Source: a virus. Taken from it: a DNA stretch of 64,000 nucleotides. The stretch spans positions 30,141 to 94,140 of IMG/VR virus record IMGVR_UViG_3300009183_000059; one strand, given 5' to 3'. The translations under genes and the position numbers were made by a program. Shown here one piece after another: positions 51,193-60,019 of this stretch; position 1 is the first letter of the stretch; every line of letters starts with the position of its first letter. The notes beneath the pieces were generated by a model that ran no database searches, was not told where the DNA came from, and worked only from the letters and a program-made list of their open reading frames with translations.

Positions 51193-51503
51193 TGTCAGAG
51201 CGTGGTGAAGTAAAACGTGATAGTGCTAAGGCTCAAAAAAATAGTGGCCGTGGTGACTATCAAAAGGGTGATGCACAATGGAAACAGTTTCTTGTAGATT
51301 ATAAAGAAGCTTCATCGTCATTTACTTTGAATAAGCCAGTATGGTCAAAGATATGCACAGATACTTTTAGAGTTAATAGAGATATGTATCCAGCACTTAA
51401 AATCATACTAGGAACAGATTCAAAGGTAAGACTTGGAATAATTGAGTGGGCAATTTTAGAAGAACTAATTACATTTTGGGAGGATAATCATGGGGTCAAA
51501 TAA
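51192..51503 (+). CDS. PD-(D/E)xK nuclease / resolvase-like protein
   Basis: NSGRG..KGD.....LVDYK....SFTL. Confidence 0.6.
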   Translation: MSERGEVKRDSAKAQKNSGRGDYQKGDAQWKQFLVDYKEASSSFTLNKPVWSKICTDTFRVNRDMYPALKIILGTDSKVRLGIIEWAILEELITFWEDNHGVK

Positions 51504-51633
51504 TAAGCATCCAATGAATAAAACTGTTATTAAAAATGGCAGAATAGTAAGAATCCGTAAAGACGGAGCAATAAAAGCTGATCTAGGACCTTACCTGACA
51601 GTACATAAAAAGAATTTGGAGAAAAAGAAGTGA
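51490..51633 (+). CDS. Small basic protein (47 aa; not in ORF track)
   Basis: GGAGGA SD; MGSNNKHPMNKTVIKNGRIVRIRKDG... Confidence 0.55.
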   Translation: MGSNNKHPMNKTVIKNGRIVRIRKDGAIKADLGPYLTVHKKNLEKKK

Positions 51634-51788
51634 GAGAACTTATATTAACTACGCTTACAGGTATTGCTGTAGGTGGAGTGTTTAGTGTATTTAAACTACC
51701 AATTCCCGCACCACCAGTATTTGCTGGGTTAATGGGCATTGTTGGGCTTTGGATTGGCTACGCCTTGGTACAGAAGGCTTTCCAGTGA
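51630..51788 (+). CDS. XapX/DUF1427-type small membrane protein (52 aa; not in ORF track)
   Basis: MRELILTTLTGIAVGGVFSVFKLPIPAPPVFAGLMGIVGLWIGY; GTGA-coupled. Confidence 0.75.
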   Translation: MRELILTTLTGIAVGGVFSVFKLPIPAPPVFAGLMGIVGLWIGYALVQKAFQ

Positions 51789-51898
51789 CAACATTTCTTT
51801 TTGGACTACTACTTGGATTTGCCTTCGGATACCCATTTGGATTATTTATAGATAGATTGGATAAGCATGTCAGACAAAAGCGTACTAGAGCTAATTAA
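51785..51898 (+). CDS. Small single-TM protein (37 aa; not in ORF track)
   Basis: MTTFLFGLLLGFAFGYPFGLFIDRLDK...; GTGA-coupled. Confidence 0.5.
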   Translation: MTTFLFGLLLGFAFGYPFGLFIDRLDKHVRQKRTRAN

Positions 51899-52196
51899 TG
51901 ATGTAACAGAATTTAACGACCTTCATGATCTAATGAAGGACGAACAACTTGATAGAGCGTTAGCAATTGTTATTAAGTTAATTATGAATCCTGATATACC
52001 ATCAGCAAAAGCCCCTATGTTAATTATTGAACTACAAGCAATCAGCGCAAAACTAGCCGTACTCGCTGCCTATTATACAACTTTCGGCAGAGATAAGAGC
52101 AATACTTTGAACTACAATAAAAAGAATATTTACTACTCTGCGAAAGAGGCCATAGATAGATTAGTGGACGCACTAAAGTATGCTGCGAGAAACTAA
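51867..52196 (+). CDS. Hypothetical helical protein
   Basis: KNIYY...EAIDRLVDALKY; lies between recA and the Cas4-like gene. Confidence 0.65.
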   Translation: MSDKSVLELINDVTEFNDLHDLMKDEQLDRALAIVIKLIMNPDIPSAKAPMLIIELQAISAKLAVLAAYYTTFGRDKSNTLNYNKKNIYYSAKEAIDRLVDALKYAARN

Positions 52197-52970
52197 ATGG
52201 GTAGAGATCTAATAACAAACTTAAAATTCAAGAAAACAATGGGAGAGTTTGATCCAATTGAATTCGGAAGAATGATGAATGAAGCCTACACAGCAAATAG
52301 AAACTTAGATAGGTATGCAAAAAAGCATACTTTTTCTCCAAGCACCGTCGGTTATGGATATGGAATGTGTCCAAGATACTGGTTCATAGCATTTAACGGC
52401 TGTGAGTTTGAAGATAATTTTGATGCAATTGCAATTGCTAATATGGAAAATGGGAAACAGGCACACGAAAGAATTCAAACTTTATTAGAAAGCGCAGGTC
52501 TTGCTAAAGAGTTAGAAAGAGAAATTCTATGTGATGATCCTCCCATAAGAGGCTTTGCAGATATGATTGTTGACTGGTATGGCACTGAAATAATTGGAGA
52601 ATTAAAAACAGTCAGAGACGAAGTGTTTGCTGCAAGACAGACGAGCATGGCTCCAACTACATCACACCTAATTCAGCTATTACTTTATATGTGGGTTGAA
52701 AAGCTTGATGAAGGCTTTTTGATGTATGAAAATAAAAATAGCAACGAGATTCTTATTATGCCTATTAATATGAATGCTAGACATAGAGCTCTTATTGAAA
52801 AGACTATTGAGTGGATGAGAGTAGTTTATAAAAACTATCAGGCAGGACATTTGCCAGAAAGACCATTCACTAAAAGTACATCTACATGCAAGTACTGTCC
52901 AGTAAGAAAAGAATGTTGGGCTGGAGAACATGGAGATTTAATTATAGAAAAATTGGATCTTCCAAAATGA
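52197..52970 (+). CDS. Cas4-like PD-(D/E)xK exonuclease
   Basis: CPR, G...H, D...ELKT, QL.LY and CKYCP....C Fe-S motif. No CRISPR array nearby. Confidence 0.85.
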   Translation: MGRDLITNLKFKKTMGEFDPIEFGRMMNEAYTANRNLDRYAKKHTFSPSTVGYGYGMCPRYWFIAFNGCEFEDNFDAIAIANMENGKQAHERIQTLLESAGLAKELEREILCDDPPIRGFADMIVDWYGTEIIGELKTVRDEVFAARQTSMAPTTSHLIQLLLYMWVEKLDEGFLMYENKNSNEILIMPINMNARHRALIEKTIEWMRVVYKNYQAGHLPERPFTKSTSTCKYCPVRKECWAGEHGDLIIEKLDLPK

Positions 52971-53260
52971 TATGCGCTAGATTTGAGTGCTCAGCAAGCT
53001 TTGAGCCAAAGACACACAATCAAAAATATTGTTCTGATGAATGCTGCCGTATTGCAACTAATAAAAGAATCATGGAGAAATACTATGAGAAAAAAGCTAT
53101 TAGAAGCGGAGCAGTAAGAATATGCAAGAATAAAGGTTGCGAAAAACAGCTTAGTAGATACAACTATGATTCCGTGTGCTCATCTTGTGAGTCCTTAGCA
53201 ATAAAGAATGCTAAGAAAAAGTTATTGGATATGATAAATGACGCTGGCAAAGCTAAATAA
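52967..53260 (+). CDS. Cys-rich zinc-binding protein
   Basis: C...C...F.P....QKYCS..C and further Cys pairs. Confidence 0.65.
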   Translation: MICARFECSASFEPKTHNQKYCSDECCRIATNKRIMEKYYEKKAIRSGAVRICKNKGCEKQLSRYNYDSVCSSCESLAIKNAKKKLLDMINDAGKAK

Positions 53261-53807
53261 AGTAAGCGCATCTACCGTAATTGGTATAGACGCATCTACT
53301 AATTCTGTAGCATTTTGTCTTTTCAGAGATGGAAAGCCAGAAAGATATGGCAAGATTCTTCTTAACGGAATGACAATTTATGAAAAGATAGCTGATGCTA
53401 GAAACAAAATTGGTGCATTTAGCGAGGAGCTTAAGGCTGATTATATCGCAATGGAAGGCGCAATTATGGTTAAGTCTGCTGATGCGGTAATAAAACTATC
53501 ATATGTATACGGAGTAGTACTTGCTGAACTTATGCAGTATAACCCAGAGGTAATAACTGTTGCACCTATATCTTGGCAGTCATACATAGGAAATAAGAAC
53601 CTTACTAATGATGAAAAGAATGGTATTAAAATTACAAACCCAGGAAAAACAGATTCCTGGTATAAGACAAAGCAAAGAGAAATAAGAAAGCAAAGAACCG
53701 TAGACTGGGTAAAAAGATCTTTCGGTATTGAGCTAGATGATTTTGATGTTGCGGATGCAGTAGGTATTGCCTTCTTTGCACAGAAGACATTGACGGAGAA
53801 GAAGTGA
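53238..53807 (+). CDS. RuvC-like Holliday junction resolvase
   Basis: IGIDAST, IAME and DVADAVGIA motifs. Confidence 0.85.
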   Translation: MTLAKLNKVSASTVIGIDASTNSVAFCLFRDGKPERYGKILLNGMTIYEKIADARNKIGAFSEELKADYIAMEGAIMVKSADAVIKLSYVYGVVLAELMQYNPEVITVAPISWQSYIGNKNLTNDEKNGIKITNPGKTDSWYKTKQREIRKQRTVDWVKRSFGIELDDFDVADAVGIAFFAQKTLTEKK

Positions 53808-53965
53808 AGCTCTACCAAAGCAAAGATTATTTATTTAGAAGATATGTACTTCAAAAGAAAACGATAAAGGAGATAGCAGAAGAATGTCAAGTATCGCACA
53901 TGACAATCCAGAGATATCTGGAAGACTTTGGTCTGATAAAGAATCAGAGGAAGTGGAAAAGGTAG
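53804..53965 (+). CDS. Small HTH protein (53 aa; not in ORF track)
   Basis: KTIKEIAEECQVSHMTIQRYLEDFGL; GTGA-coupled to the RuvC-like gene. Confidence 0.7.
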   Translation: MKLYQSKDYLFRRYVLQKKTIKEIAEECQVSHMTIQRYLEDFGLIKNQRKWKR

Positions 53966-54714
53966 AAACTATCTACCCAATAACTATGGCTAAAACCAAT
54001 TATGGATTTAGTCTATATGTCGTTGATGGAGACGAACACGTCGGTGGAAACATTCAGAAGCTTGGATTCTGGGAGCCAGAAACAACAAATTGGCTAATAA
54101 AAAATGTACAAGAAACTGATACATGCCTGGACATAGGAATGAACATTGGTTATTTTACAGAGATCATGGCTAGGGCAACTGGTCCATACGGAAGAGTGTT
54201 TTCATTTGAAGCAAACAAAGAGCTTGTTAATGTTTATGAAAAAACTATTCTAGAATCAGATAACGATTATGAGTCCACTGGTGCTATTAACTTGTTCGAT
54301 ATTGGCTTATCTAATGAAACTAAAGAGGCTTTTATATTAATTCCAAATACAAATATTGGCGGAGCAGGAATAACAGATGAAGACAGCACAGTAGATGGTA
54401 TGACAAGCCTTCCAGTAATGCTTGATAATATAAACAATATTATAGATGAAATTACAATTGACGAGATTGATATTATTAAGATGGATGTTGAGGGTCACGA
54501 AGAAAAGATCTGGGACACTTTAGAAAGACCTTTAAAGTCATGTCGTGCTGCGATTGTAGAACTAGGACCATATCACTCAGAAGAGTTTTTAAATAAAGTA
54601 TCATCTCAATTTAACATGTATAGATTAGTTAATGATGAAGAGATGGAAATTGTAGTTGGAGATATTATAGATGCTCCACACCATATGAATGTTGTATTAA
54701 GGCATAAATCCTAG
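53954..54714 (+). CDS. FkbM-family SAM-dependent methyltransferase (start uncertain)
   Basis: G.WEP, LDIG.NIGYFT, FSFEAN and IKMDVEGHE motifs. Confidence 0.85.
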
Positions 54715-54724
54715 TTAATTAGCT

Positions 54725-54753
54725 TTGACATTTTAGTTGACCAAGAGTATACT
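54725..54753 (+). promoter_or_regulatory. Sigma70 promoter for the terminase operon
   Basis: TTGACA-17 nt-TATACT. Confidence 0.75.
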
Positions 54754-54774
54754 TTATATAGAACAGGAGATATC

Positions 54775-55344
54775 ATGTCTGAAATAGAATTAGCAGAACG
54801 TTTTGACCGTATGAACAAAGTAGTAGAACAAATGCTTATGGGCAATAGTGCTACTCAAATTTCAAAGACTCTATCTCTTCCACGTAAAGACGTGCTAGAA
54901 TTAATTGAAGAATGGAAAACTGTTGTTCGTGATGATTCAAGTGCAAGAGACCGTGCAAAAGAAGCGGTAGCAGGTGCAGATCAACACTACGCAATGCTCA
55001 TTAAAGAGGCCTGGAAGACTGTAGACGATGCAGATCAGGCAGGACAACTAAATGTTAAGGCTACCATATTAAAGCTTATCTCAGACATTGAGCAGAAAAG
55101 AATTGCTATGCTTCAGCAGCTTGGACTACTTGATAATGCAGAGCTTGCCAGCCATCTTGCAGAAACAGAAAGAAAGCAAGACATTCTTATTGGAATATTA
55201 AAAGATATATCAGCAGAGTACCCGCAGGTAAGAAATGAAATTATGCGTAGGCTTTCACAGATATCTAATCAAGTTGAAGAAGTAATCATTGCAGAGGCAA
55301 ATAATGTAACTAGCCTCAGAGATGTGAGCGAAGATGTCGTTTAA
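54775..55344 (+). CDS. Probable terminase small subunit
   Basis: N-terminal HTH plus helices, directly upstream of TerL. Confidence 0.6.
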   Translation: MSEIELAERFDRMNKVVEQMLMGNSATQISKTLSLPRKDVLELIEEWKTVVRDDSSARDRAKEAVAGADQHYAMLIKEAWKTVDDADQAGQLNVKATILKLISDIEQKRIAMLQQLGLLDNAELASHLAETERKQDILIGILKDISAEYPQVRNEIMRRLSQISNQVEEVIIAEANNVTSLRDVSEDVV

Positions 55345-57112
55345 TTTTGCAGACATAATTGATATACTTGACGGTGAAGAGTTTGAAGAACGCCCAGTAG
55401 AGTTAGATGAATTTGTTGTCAGCCACGAGTATCTTGGACTACCACCATTATCCGAGTATCAATACATGCTTATCAGAGCAAGCTCACAAATATATAAGAG
55501 GGCAACTTTAAATAAATTATATGGTGAAGAAGCTGGCGAAAAGCGCTGGAAAGAAACAGTCAATGAAGTAGTAGCACAACTGGGTAAGGGATCAGGTAAA
55601 GACTACTGCTCTACTATTGCCGTTGCTTATATTGTTTATCTTTTATTATGTTTAAAAGACCCAGCAAAATATTTTGGAAAGCCTCCTGGAGACTCAATTG
55701 ATCTTATTAATATTGCTGTTAACGCACAGCAGGCTAAGAATGTTTTTTTTAAAGGGCTTAAGACAAGAGTTGACAAGTCCCCTTGGTTTGCAGGAAAGTA
55801 TATAGCAAAGGCGGACGTAATTGAGTTTGATAAAGGCATTAGCTGTCACTCAGGTCACTCCGAAAGAGAAGCATTTGAGGGATACAACGCACTAGTAGTT
55901 ATCCTGGACGAGATTTCTGGATTCAGTGTTGACAATACAACAGGTCACGAGCAAGCTAAAACGGCTGGAGCAATATATGATATGTATAGGGCATCAGTAG
56001 ATTCACGTTTTCCAGACTTTGGTAAAGTAATACTTCTTTCATTCCCACGCTATAAGAATGATTATATACAGCAAAGATATGAAGCAGTCGTTGCTCAAAA
56101 AGAAGTAAAGGTATTGAGTCATAAATTTAAGATGGACGAAGATCTTCAAGATGGTGTAGATGGAAATGAATTTACTGTTGAATGGGAAGAAGATCAAATA
56201 ATATCCTATAAGATTCCAAAGACTTTTGCATTGCGTAGACCAACATGGCAGATTAACCCAACTAGAACTATTGATGATTTTAAGGTAGCTTTCTATACAA
56301 ATCCAACAGATGCATTGTCACGCTTTGCATGTATGCCACCAGAAGCAGTAGACGCTTTCTTTAAGTCAAGAGAAAAGATTGAGGCGGCATTTGTCTTAAA
56401 TAATGGTGTAGACAACTCCACTGGAAGATTTGAAGAAGCCCTAAAACCGTTGGAAGATATGGAATATTTTGTGCACGTTGACTTAGCTCAAAAGCATGAC
56501 CATTGTGCAGTATCTATGTCTCACGTAAGTGAGTGGGTAAAGATTAGATCATTTAATGATTATGAGCAGGTAGCTCCTAAAGTTATTGTTGATGCAGTAA
56601 GATGGTGGACTCCTACTTCAGATAAGTCTGTTGATTTTACTGAGGTCAAAGATTATATTATTTCTCTTAAGTCTAGAGGTTTTAATATTAAGGCTGTAAC
56701 ATTTGACCGATGGAACTCACACGATATGATGCAACAAATTAAAAATTATAATATTCACACAGAGATATTATCCGTAGCAAAGAAGCACTACGAGGATATG
56801 GCTCTTGGAATTATGGAAGAAAGAATAACTGGTCCAGATATTAAGCTTTTAATAGACGAGTTATTGCAGTTAAGAATTGTGAGAGACAAGGTAGATCACC
56901 CTAGAAAGGGCTCTAAGGACCTTGCAGACGCCGTGTGCGGGTCTATATATAATGCCATATCAAGATCACAAAAAGGCGATAGAGAAATTAATATTCACAC
57001 TTGGGCTGGAAGCAAAGAAGATAATGTAAATAGCAAGGTAACTAAGGATGGAGTACCTAAGAGGATGCCAGCAGAACTCTTAGATGCAATATCAGGAATG
57101 AGTATACTATGA
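55334..57112 (+). CDS. Terminase large subunit
   Basis: GKGSGKD Walker A, VILDE Walker B, and nuclease motifs HVDLA..HD, FDRW and DHP..GSKD..DA. Confidence 0.92.
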   Translation: MSFNFADIIDILDGEEFEERPVELDEFVVSHEYLGLPPLSEYQYMLIRASSQIYKRATLNKLYGEEAGEKRWKETVNEVVAQLGKGSGKDYCSTIAVAYIVYLLLCLKDPAKYFGKPPGDSIDLINIAVNAQQAKNVFFKGLKTRVDKSPWFAGKYIAKADVIEFDKGISCHSGHSEREAFEGYNALVVILDEISGFSVDNTTGHEQAKTAGAIYDMYRASVDSRFPDFGKVILLSFPRYKNDYIQQRYEAVVAQKEVKVLSHKFKMDEDLQDGVDGNEFTVEWEEDQIISYKIPKTFALRRPTWQINPTRTIDDFKVAFYTNPTDALSRFACMPPEAVDAFFKSREKIEAAFVLNNGVDNSTGRFEEALKPLEDMEYFVHVDLAQKHDHCAVSMSHVSEWVKIRSFNDYEQVAPKVIVDAVRWWTPTSDKSVDFTEVKDYIISLKSRGFNIKAVTFDRWNSHDMMQQIKNYNIHTEILSVAKKHYEDMALGIMEERITGPDIKLLIDELLQLRIVRDKVDHPRKGSKDLADAVCGSIYNAISRSQKGDREINIHTWAGSKEDNVNSKVTKDGVPKRMPAELLDAISGMSIL

Positions 57113-57363
57113 GTAAATACGTAAGCACTAAATTCAATGGCATGATGTGTGCCTGTGTTGGTAAGCATGTGCCATTGCCAGTAACACTTGAAACATATGA
57201 AGGAAATCATTTATGTCCAACAACATATAATAATGTTATTGAATATAAAAAGATCTGGGAAGTGCTTGGCAACGAGCCACCTGGAAGTATTAGAAAGCAT
57301 TTTAGTGAGTTCGTACAGGATCTTGTACGATCAAGTGTAGACAAATCCAAGCAACTGTTGTAG
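57109..57363 (+). CDS. Hypothetical protein
   Basis: ATGA-coupled ORF with C.C...H...CP. Confidence 0.6.
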   Translation: MSKYVSTKFNGMMCACVGKHVPLPVTLETYEGNHLCPTTYNNVIEYKKIWEVLGNEPPGSIRKHFSEFVQDLVRSSVDKSKQLL

Positions 57364-57366
57364 AAT
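57338..57366 (+). promoter_or_regulatory. Promoter for tRNA(CAT)
   Basis: TAGACA-17 nt-TAGAAT, 8 nt before the tRNA. Confidence 0.6.
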
Positions 57367-57374
57367 TGTATAAG

Positions 57375-57448
57375 GCGGCAGTAGCTTAGTTGGTTAAAGC
57401 CCCGAACTCATAATTCGGTAATCGTAGGTTCAAGTCCTACCTGCCGCA
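57375..57448 (+). tRNA. tRNA with CAT anticodon (elongator Met or Ile2)
   Basis: GCGGCAG/CTGCCGC acceptor, CCGAA-CTCATAA-TTCGG anticodon arm, TTCAAGT T-loop. The G1-C72 pair argues against an initiator. Confidence 0.9.
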
Positions 57449-57465
57449 CAAAGAAAGGAGTAATC

Positions 57466-57567
57466 ATGGCTAACAAAGAACAAAAAGGCAACGCAAATAA
57501 AAAGAAAGAGCCTAAGCTCTCTCTAAAAGAAAAACGTGCAAAAAAGCAAGAGAAGAAGAACAAGTAG
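57466..57567 (+). CDS. 33-aa Lys-rich peptide (not in ORF track)
   Basis: AAGGAG SD; MANKEQKGNANKKKEPKLSLKEKRAKKQEKKNK. Confidence 0.65.
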   Translation: MANKEQKGNANKKKEPKLSLKEKRAKKQEKKNK

Positions 57568-57579
57568 TATAATTGTATT

Positions 57580-57685
57580 ACCATAGTTTGTGGATGAGCC
57601 ACAGCTCTGGTCCTGGCCAACGTGCTTGTAGGTACCTTGGGATGGAAGACTAGTTACTGCTGCCCAGCCTTCGGGCTGGGCAGTA
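57580..57685 (+). ncRNA. Candidate structured non-coding RNA
   Basis: GC-rich intergenic island after TATAAT (57568-57573), with a 5' hairpin (57581-57610) and a 10-bp cUUCGg hairpin (57660-57683). Confidence 0.4.
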
Positions 57686-57700
57686 CTATAAGGAAGGCAC

Positions 57701-58030
57701 ATGGAAGATTTCGAGATGGACCAAGATGGCTTTGATCAAATGATGGAGCACTATGTAGAAATAGGCGCTGTAACTGTCAACGGTATAGATGTGTCTGGTA
57801 ATTTTATTTATGTTATTACAGACAAGGCAAAGGAATTAGCTCCAGATTTATGGGAGATGCATCATGAGATGATTGATGAAGCTCTGGTAGGATTATTTGA
57901 GCAGGGATTAATAGAAGTAGAGTACGATGAAGATCTAAATGCCAATATGAAAATATCAGATGCGGCTAGAGAAGTTATGTATCAACTAGGATACGTAGAT
58001 ATGGAAAATTTGGATGACCCAGACAACTAG
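57701..58030 (+). CDS. Acidic hypothetical protein
   Basis: ORF with AAGGAAGG SD. Confidence 0.65.
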   Translation: MEDFEMDQDGFDQMMEHYVEIGAVTVNGIDVSGNFIYVITDKAKELAPDLWEMHHEMIDEALVGLFEQGLIEVEYDEDLNANMKISDAAREVMYQLGYVDMENLDDPDN

Positions 58031-58352
58031 AGATAGATATTATGCGGATCTAGAAAGACTATTACCAACAAAAAGAAAAGATAAGACTGGCCATAAAAGG
58101 CGATTCATTCAAGAATATAAAAATAATAAGCCGTGTGCAGATTGCCAAGTCGTACTACCTTGGTATATAATGGAATATGACCATGTTAGGGGAGAAAAAA
58201 TAGCTAACCTAACTAAAATGTATGCAACCCATACAATGGAAGAGATTGTAGAAGAAATTGCTAAGTGTGACATTGTTTGTTCTAATTGTCACAAGCATCG
58301 TACTTGGGTGTCCATGATTGGACAGGATAGGGCAGGAAATGAAAAAGATTGA
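58014..58352 (+). CDS. HNH-type endonuclease
   Basis: CADC...EYDHV...EIAKCDIVCSNCH..RT. Confidence 0.8.
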   Translation: MTQTTRDRYYADLERLLPTKRKDKTGHKRRFIQEYKNNKPCADCQVVLPWYIMEYDHVRGEKIANLTKMYATHTMEEIVEEIAKCDIVCSNCHKHRTWVSMIGQDRAGNEKD

Positions 58353-58566
58353 GCTGACAGAAAACCAAGCAAAACAATTAGAGTCGTTTGTAGAAGACCA
58401 TATGAATGGTTGCTATATGATGCTGCATGACGAAGAAGATGTAAGAGAAGGATTTGAATCATATGGCCCATATTGCGGATGTCAAACTTGTGACACACGA
58501 GAGCAATTGATGGCAACATTTGATTGGTTAAGATCTCAAAACATTGTTGACGTATACGTCAACTAG
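58339..58566 (+). CDS. Hypothetical protein (YCGCxxC)
   Basis: ORF with PYCGCQTCDTRE. Confidence 0.6.
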   Translation: MKKIELTENQAKQLESFVEDHMNGCYMMLHDEEDVREGFESYGPYCGCQTCDTREQLMATFDWLRSQNIVDVYVN

Positions 58567-58571
58567 TCTAT

Positions 58572-58644
58572 GCCTCTGTAGCTCAGGGGATAGAGCGACG
58601 GACTTCTAATCCGCAGGCCGCAGGTTCGATTCCTGCCAGGGGCA
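58572..58644 (+). tRNA. tRNA-Arg(TCT)
   Basis: GCCTCTG/CAGGGGC acceptor, CTTCTAA anticodon loop, GGTTCGATTCC T-arm. Confidence 0.92.
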
Positions 58645-58647
58645 CTG

Positions 58648-58676
58648 TTGACAGTGCATAAAAAAAAGAGTATAAT
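58648..58676 (+). promoter_or_regulatory. Consensus sigma70 promoter
   Basis: TTGACA-17 nt-TATAAT. Confidence 0.85.
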
Positions 58677-58698
58677 TAAAATATAACAAGGAGTTGAC

Positions 58699-59046
58699 AT
58701 GCTAGGAGATAGTAGATTTACAAAAGCCCAAGGCCCGTGCTGGGAAGGCTATGAAATGATTGGCTATAAAACTCAAAATGGCAAGAAGGTTCCTAATTGT
58801 GTCAAGGTTGATGCAAAGAAGTCTAATGATACTGGGTTTGAAATTGTAGAAGTTCATCCAAGATGTGAAGGGCCAGCTTTAGTTGAAACAAATGGTACAT
58901 CTGTTCTCTGCTATGGTTCTATGGAAGAGGCAAGATCGGCATTAGAAGATATGGGACGTGAGGCGGAACCAGCGTCAGTAAGACCTAACGATATGAGTAA
59001 GATTTGGAAAGGATCAGGCTTTGAAACTCCTAGATGCTGCCCCTGA
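58699..59046 (+). CDS. Hypothetical protein with CWxGY...GKKVPNCV motif
   Basis: AAGGAG SD; PCWEGYEMIGYKTQNGKKVPNCV; C-terminal SKIWKGSGF. Confidence 0.7.
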   Translation: MLGDSRFTKAQGPCWEGYEMIGYKTQNGKKVPNCVKVDAKKSNDTGFEIVEVHPRCEGPALVETNGTSVLCYGSMEEARSALEDMGREAEPASVRPNDMSKIWKGSGFETPRCCP

Positions 59047-59248
59047 AATAGAAGAGATTGAACTTAAAGTAACAGATAGGTGTGATGCATGCCAAGCGCA
59101 AGCATTTGTTTATCTAAAAGGAGTTACTGGTGAGTTGTATTTTTGTGGCCACCACTATGCAAAAAACGAAGAAAAGATAAAGTCCTGGGCATTTACAATA
59201 ATTGATGCTCGTGATACAATTAATAGCAAGCCAGATTCAAACAACTAA
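59021..59248 (+). CDS. Small zinc-binding protein (DRCDxC...FCGHH)
   Basis: The motif resembles a small protein family seen in actinobacteria and their phages. Confidence 0.6.
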   Translation: MKLLDAAPEIEEIELKVTDRCDACQAQAFVYLKGVTGELYFCGHHYAKNEEKIKSWAFTIIDARDTINSKPDSNN

Positions 59249-59263
59249 GAGAACGGATATGCG

Positions 59264-59734
59264 GTGCAAACATTTTTACCATACAGCGATTTTGACGAAT
59301 GCGCTTCAGTTTTAGATTCACGTAGATTAAACAAACAGTTATTAGAGGGTAGACAAATCCTTAACTCTTTGGCTGGAATCTCAAAGGGTTGGCGTAATCA
59401 CCCAGCAGTTAAAATGTGGGCGGGGTCAGAATTAGTTCTATATAATTACCTAAATGCTATTGCTAAAGAATGCTACAATCGTGGAATTAAGTTTAAGAAT
59501 AACTTGGATGCAATTGATCAAACAATTGACACTCATTTTCAAGCGGTAGAGTTTAATAATCGTCCATTCTGGATGAAAGATCAAACACTTTTACGAAGAG
59601 TAAATGCAACACACCAAGCTAATCTATATAGAAAGGATAGCCACGAATACGCACTATTTCAATCCGCATATGATGATGTAAACAATGATCCATGCTGTGA
59701 TACCTGTAGCTATTTTTGGCCAACTCACGAATAA
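59264..59734 (+). CDS. Pyrimidine-dimer DNA glycosylase-like protein (MSMEG_6728 family)
   Basis: MQTFLPY..F..A..LD..RL.KQ..E..QIL, GWRNHPAVKMW, H..NL.RKD and Y.WP motifs. Confidence 0.85.
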   Translation: MQTFLPYSDFDECASVLDSRRLNKQLLEGRQILNSLAGISKGWRNHPAVKMWAGSELVLYNYLNAIAKECYNRGIKFKNNLDAIDQTIDTHFQAVEFNNRPFWMKDQTLLRRVNATHQANLYRKDSHEYALFQSAYDDVNNDPCCDTCSYFWPTHE

Positions 59735-59935
59735 ATGCCAAAGTATCAATATAAATGTGAATGTGACGTAAGCGTAGCAGTTGAAGATAATATACACGAG
59801 TTTGAAAGATCAATCATGGAAGATGAGCCAGACTATCCTTGCGGATATTGTGGTAAAGATATGGTTCGTGTTTATAGTTCTTTTGGAATTAAATTCAACG
59901 GTCCTGGCTTCTATAAGACAGATAATTCTAAGTAA
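59735..59935 (+). CDS. FmdB-family zinc-ribbon protein
   Basis: MP.Y.Y.C...C..CG..M.RVYS...I.F.G.GFY.TD. Confidence 0.85.
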   Translation: MPKYQYKCECDVSVAVEDNIHEFERSIMEDEPDYPCGYCGKDMVRVYSSFGIKFNGPGFYKTDNSK

Positions 59936-59942
59936 TTATCAA

Positions 59943-60015
59943 TGGGGATTAGCTCAGTCGGCAGAGCGGGAAACTGTTAATTTCTAGGTCATAGGTTCGA
60001 GTCCTATATCCCCAG
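59943..60015 (+). tRNA. tRNA-Asn(GTT)
   Basis: TGGGGAT/ATCCCCA acceptor and CTGTTAA anticodon loop. Confidence 0.9.
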
Positions 60016-60019
60016 CAAT

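Noticed and set aside
52197-52970. Cas4-like gene as evidence of CRISPR-Cas
   Set aside because: No repeat-spacer array or other cas genes are present, and solo Cas4-like nucleases are common in phage recombination modules.
53884-53953. N-terminal extension of the FkbM ORF
   Set aside because: It overlaps a convincing HTH micro-gene (53804..53965) in another frame, so a later start is more likely.
42738-57112. Inteins or introns in helicase, DnaE, RecA or TerL
   Set aside because: The proteins are of normal length with contiguous motifs and no C...HN-C/S/T junctions.
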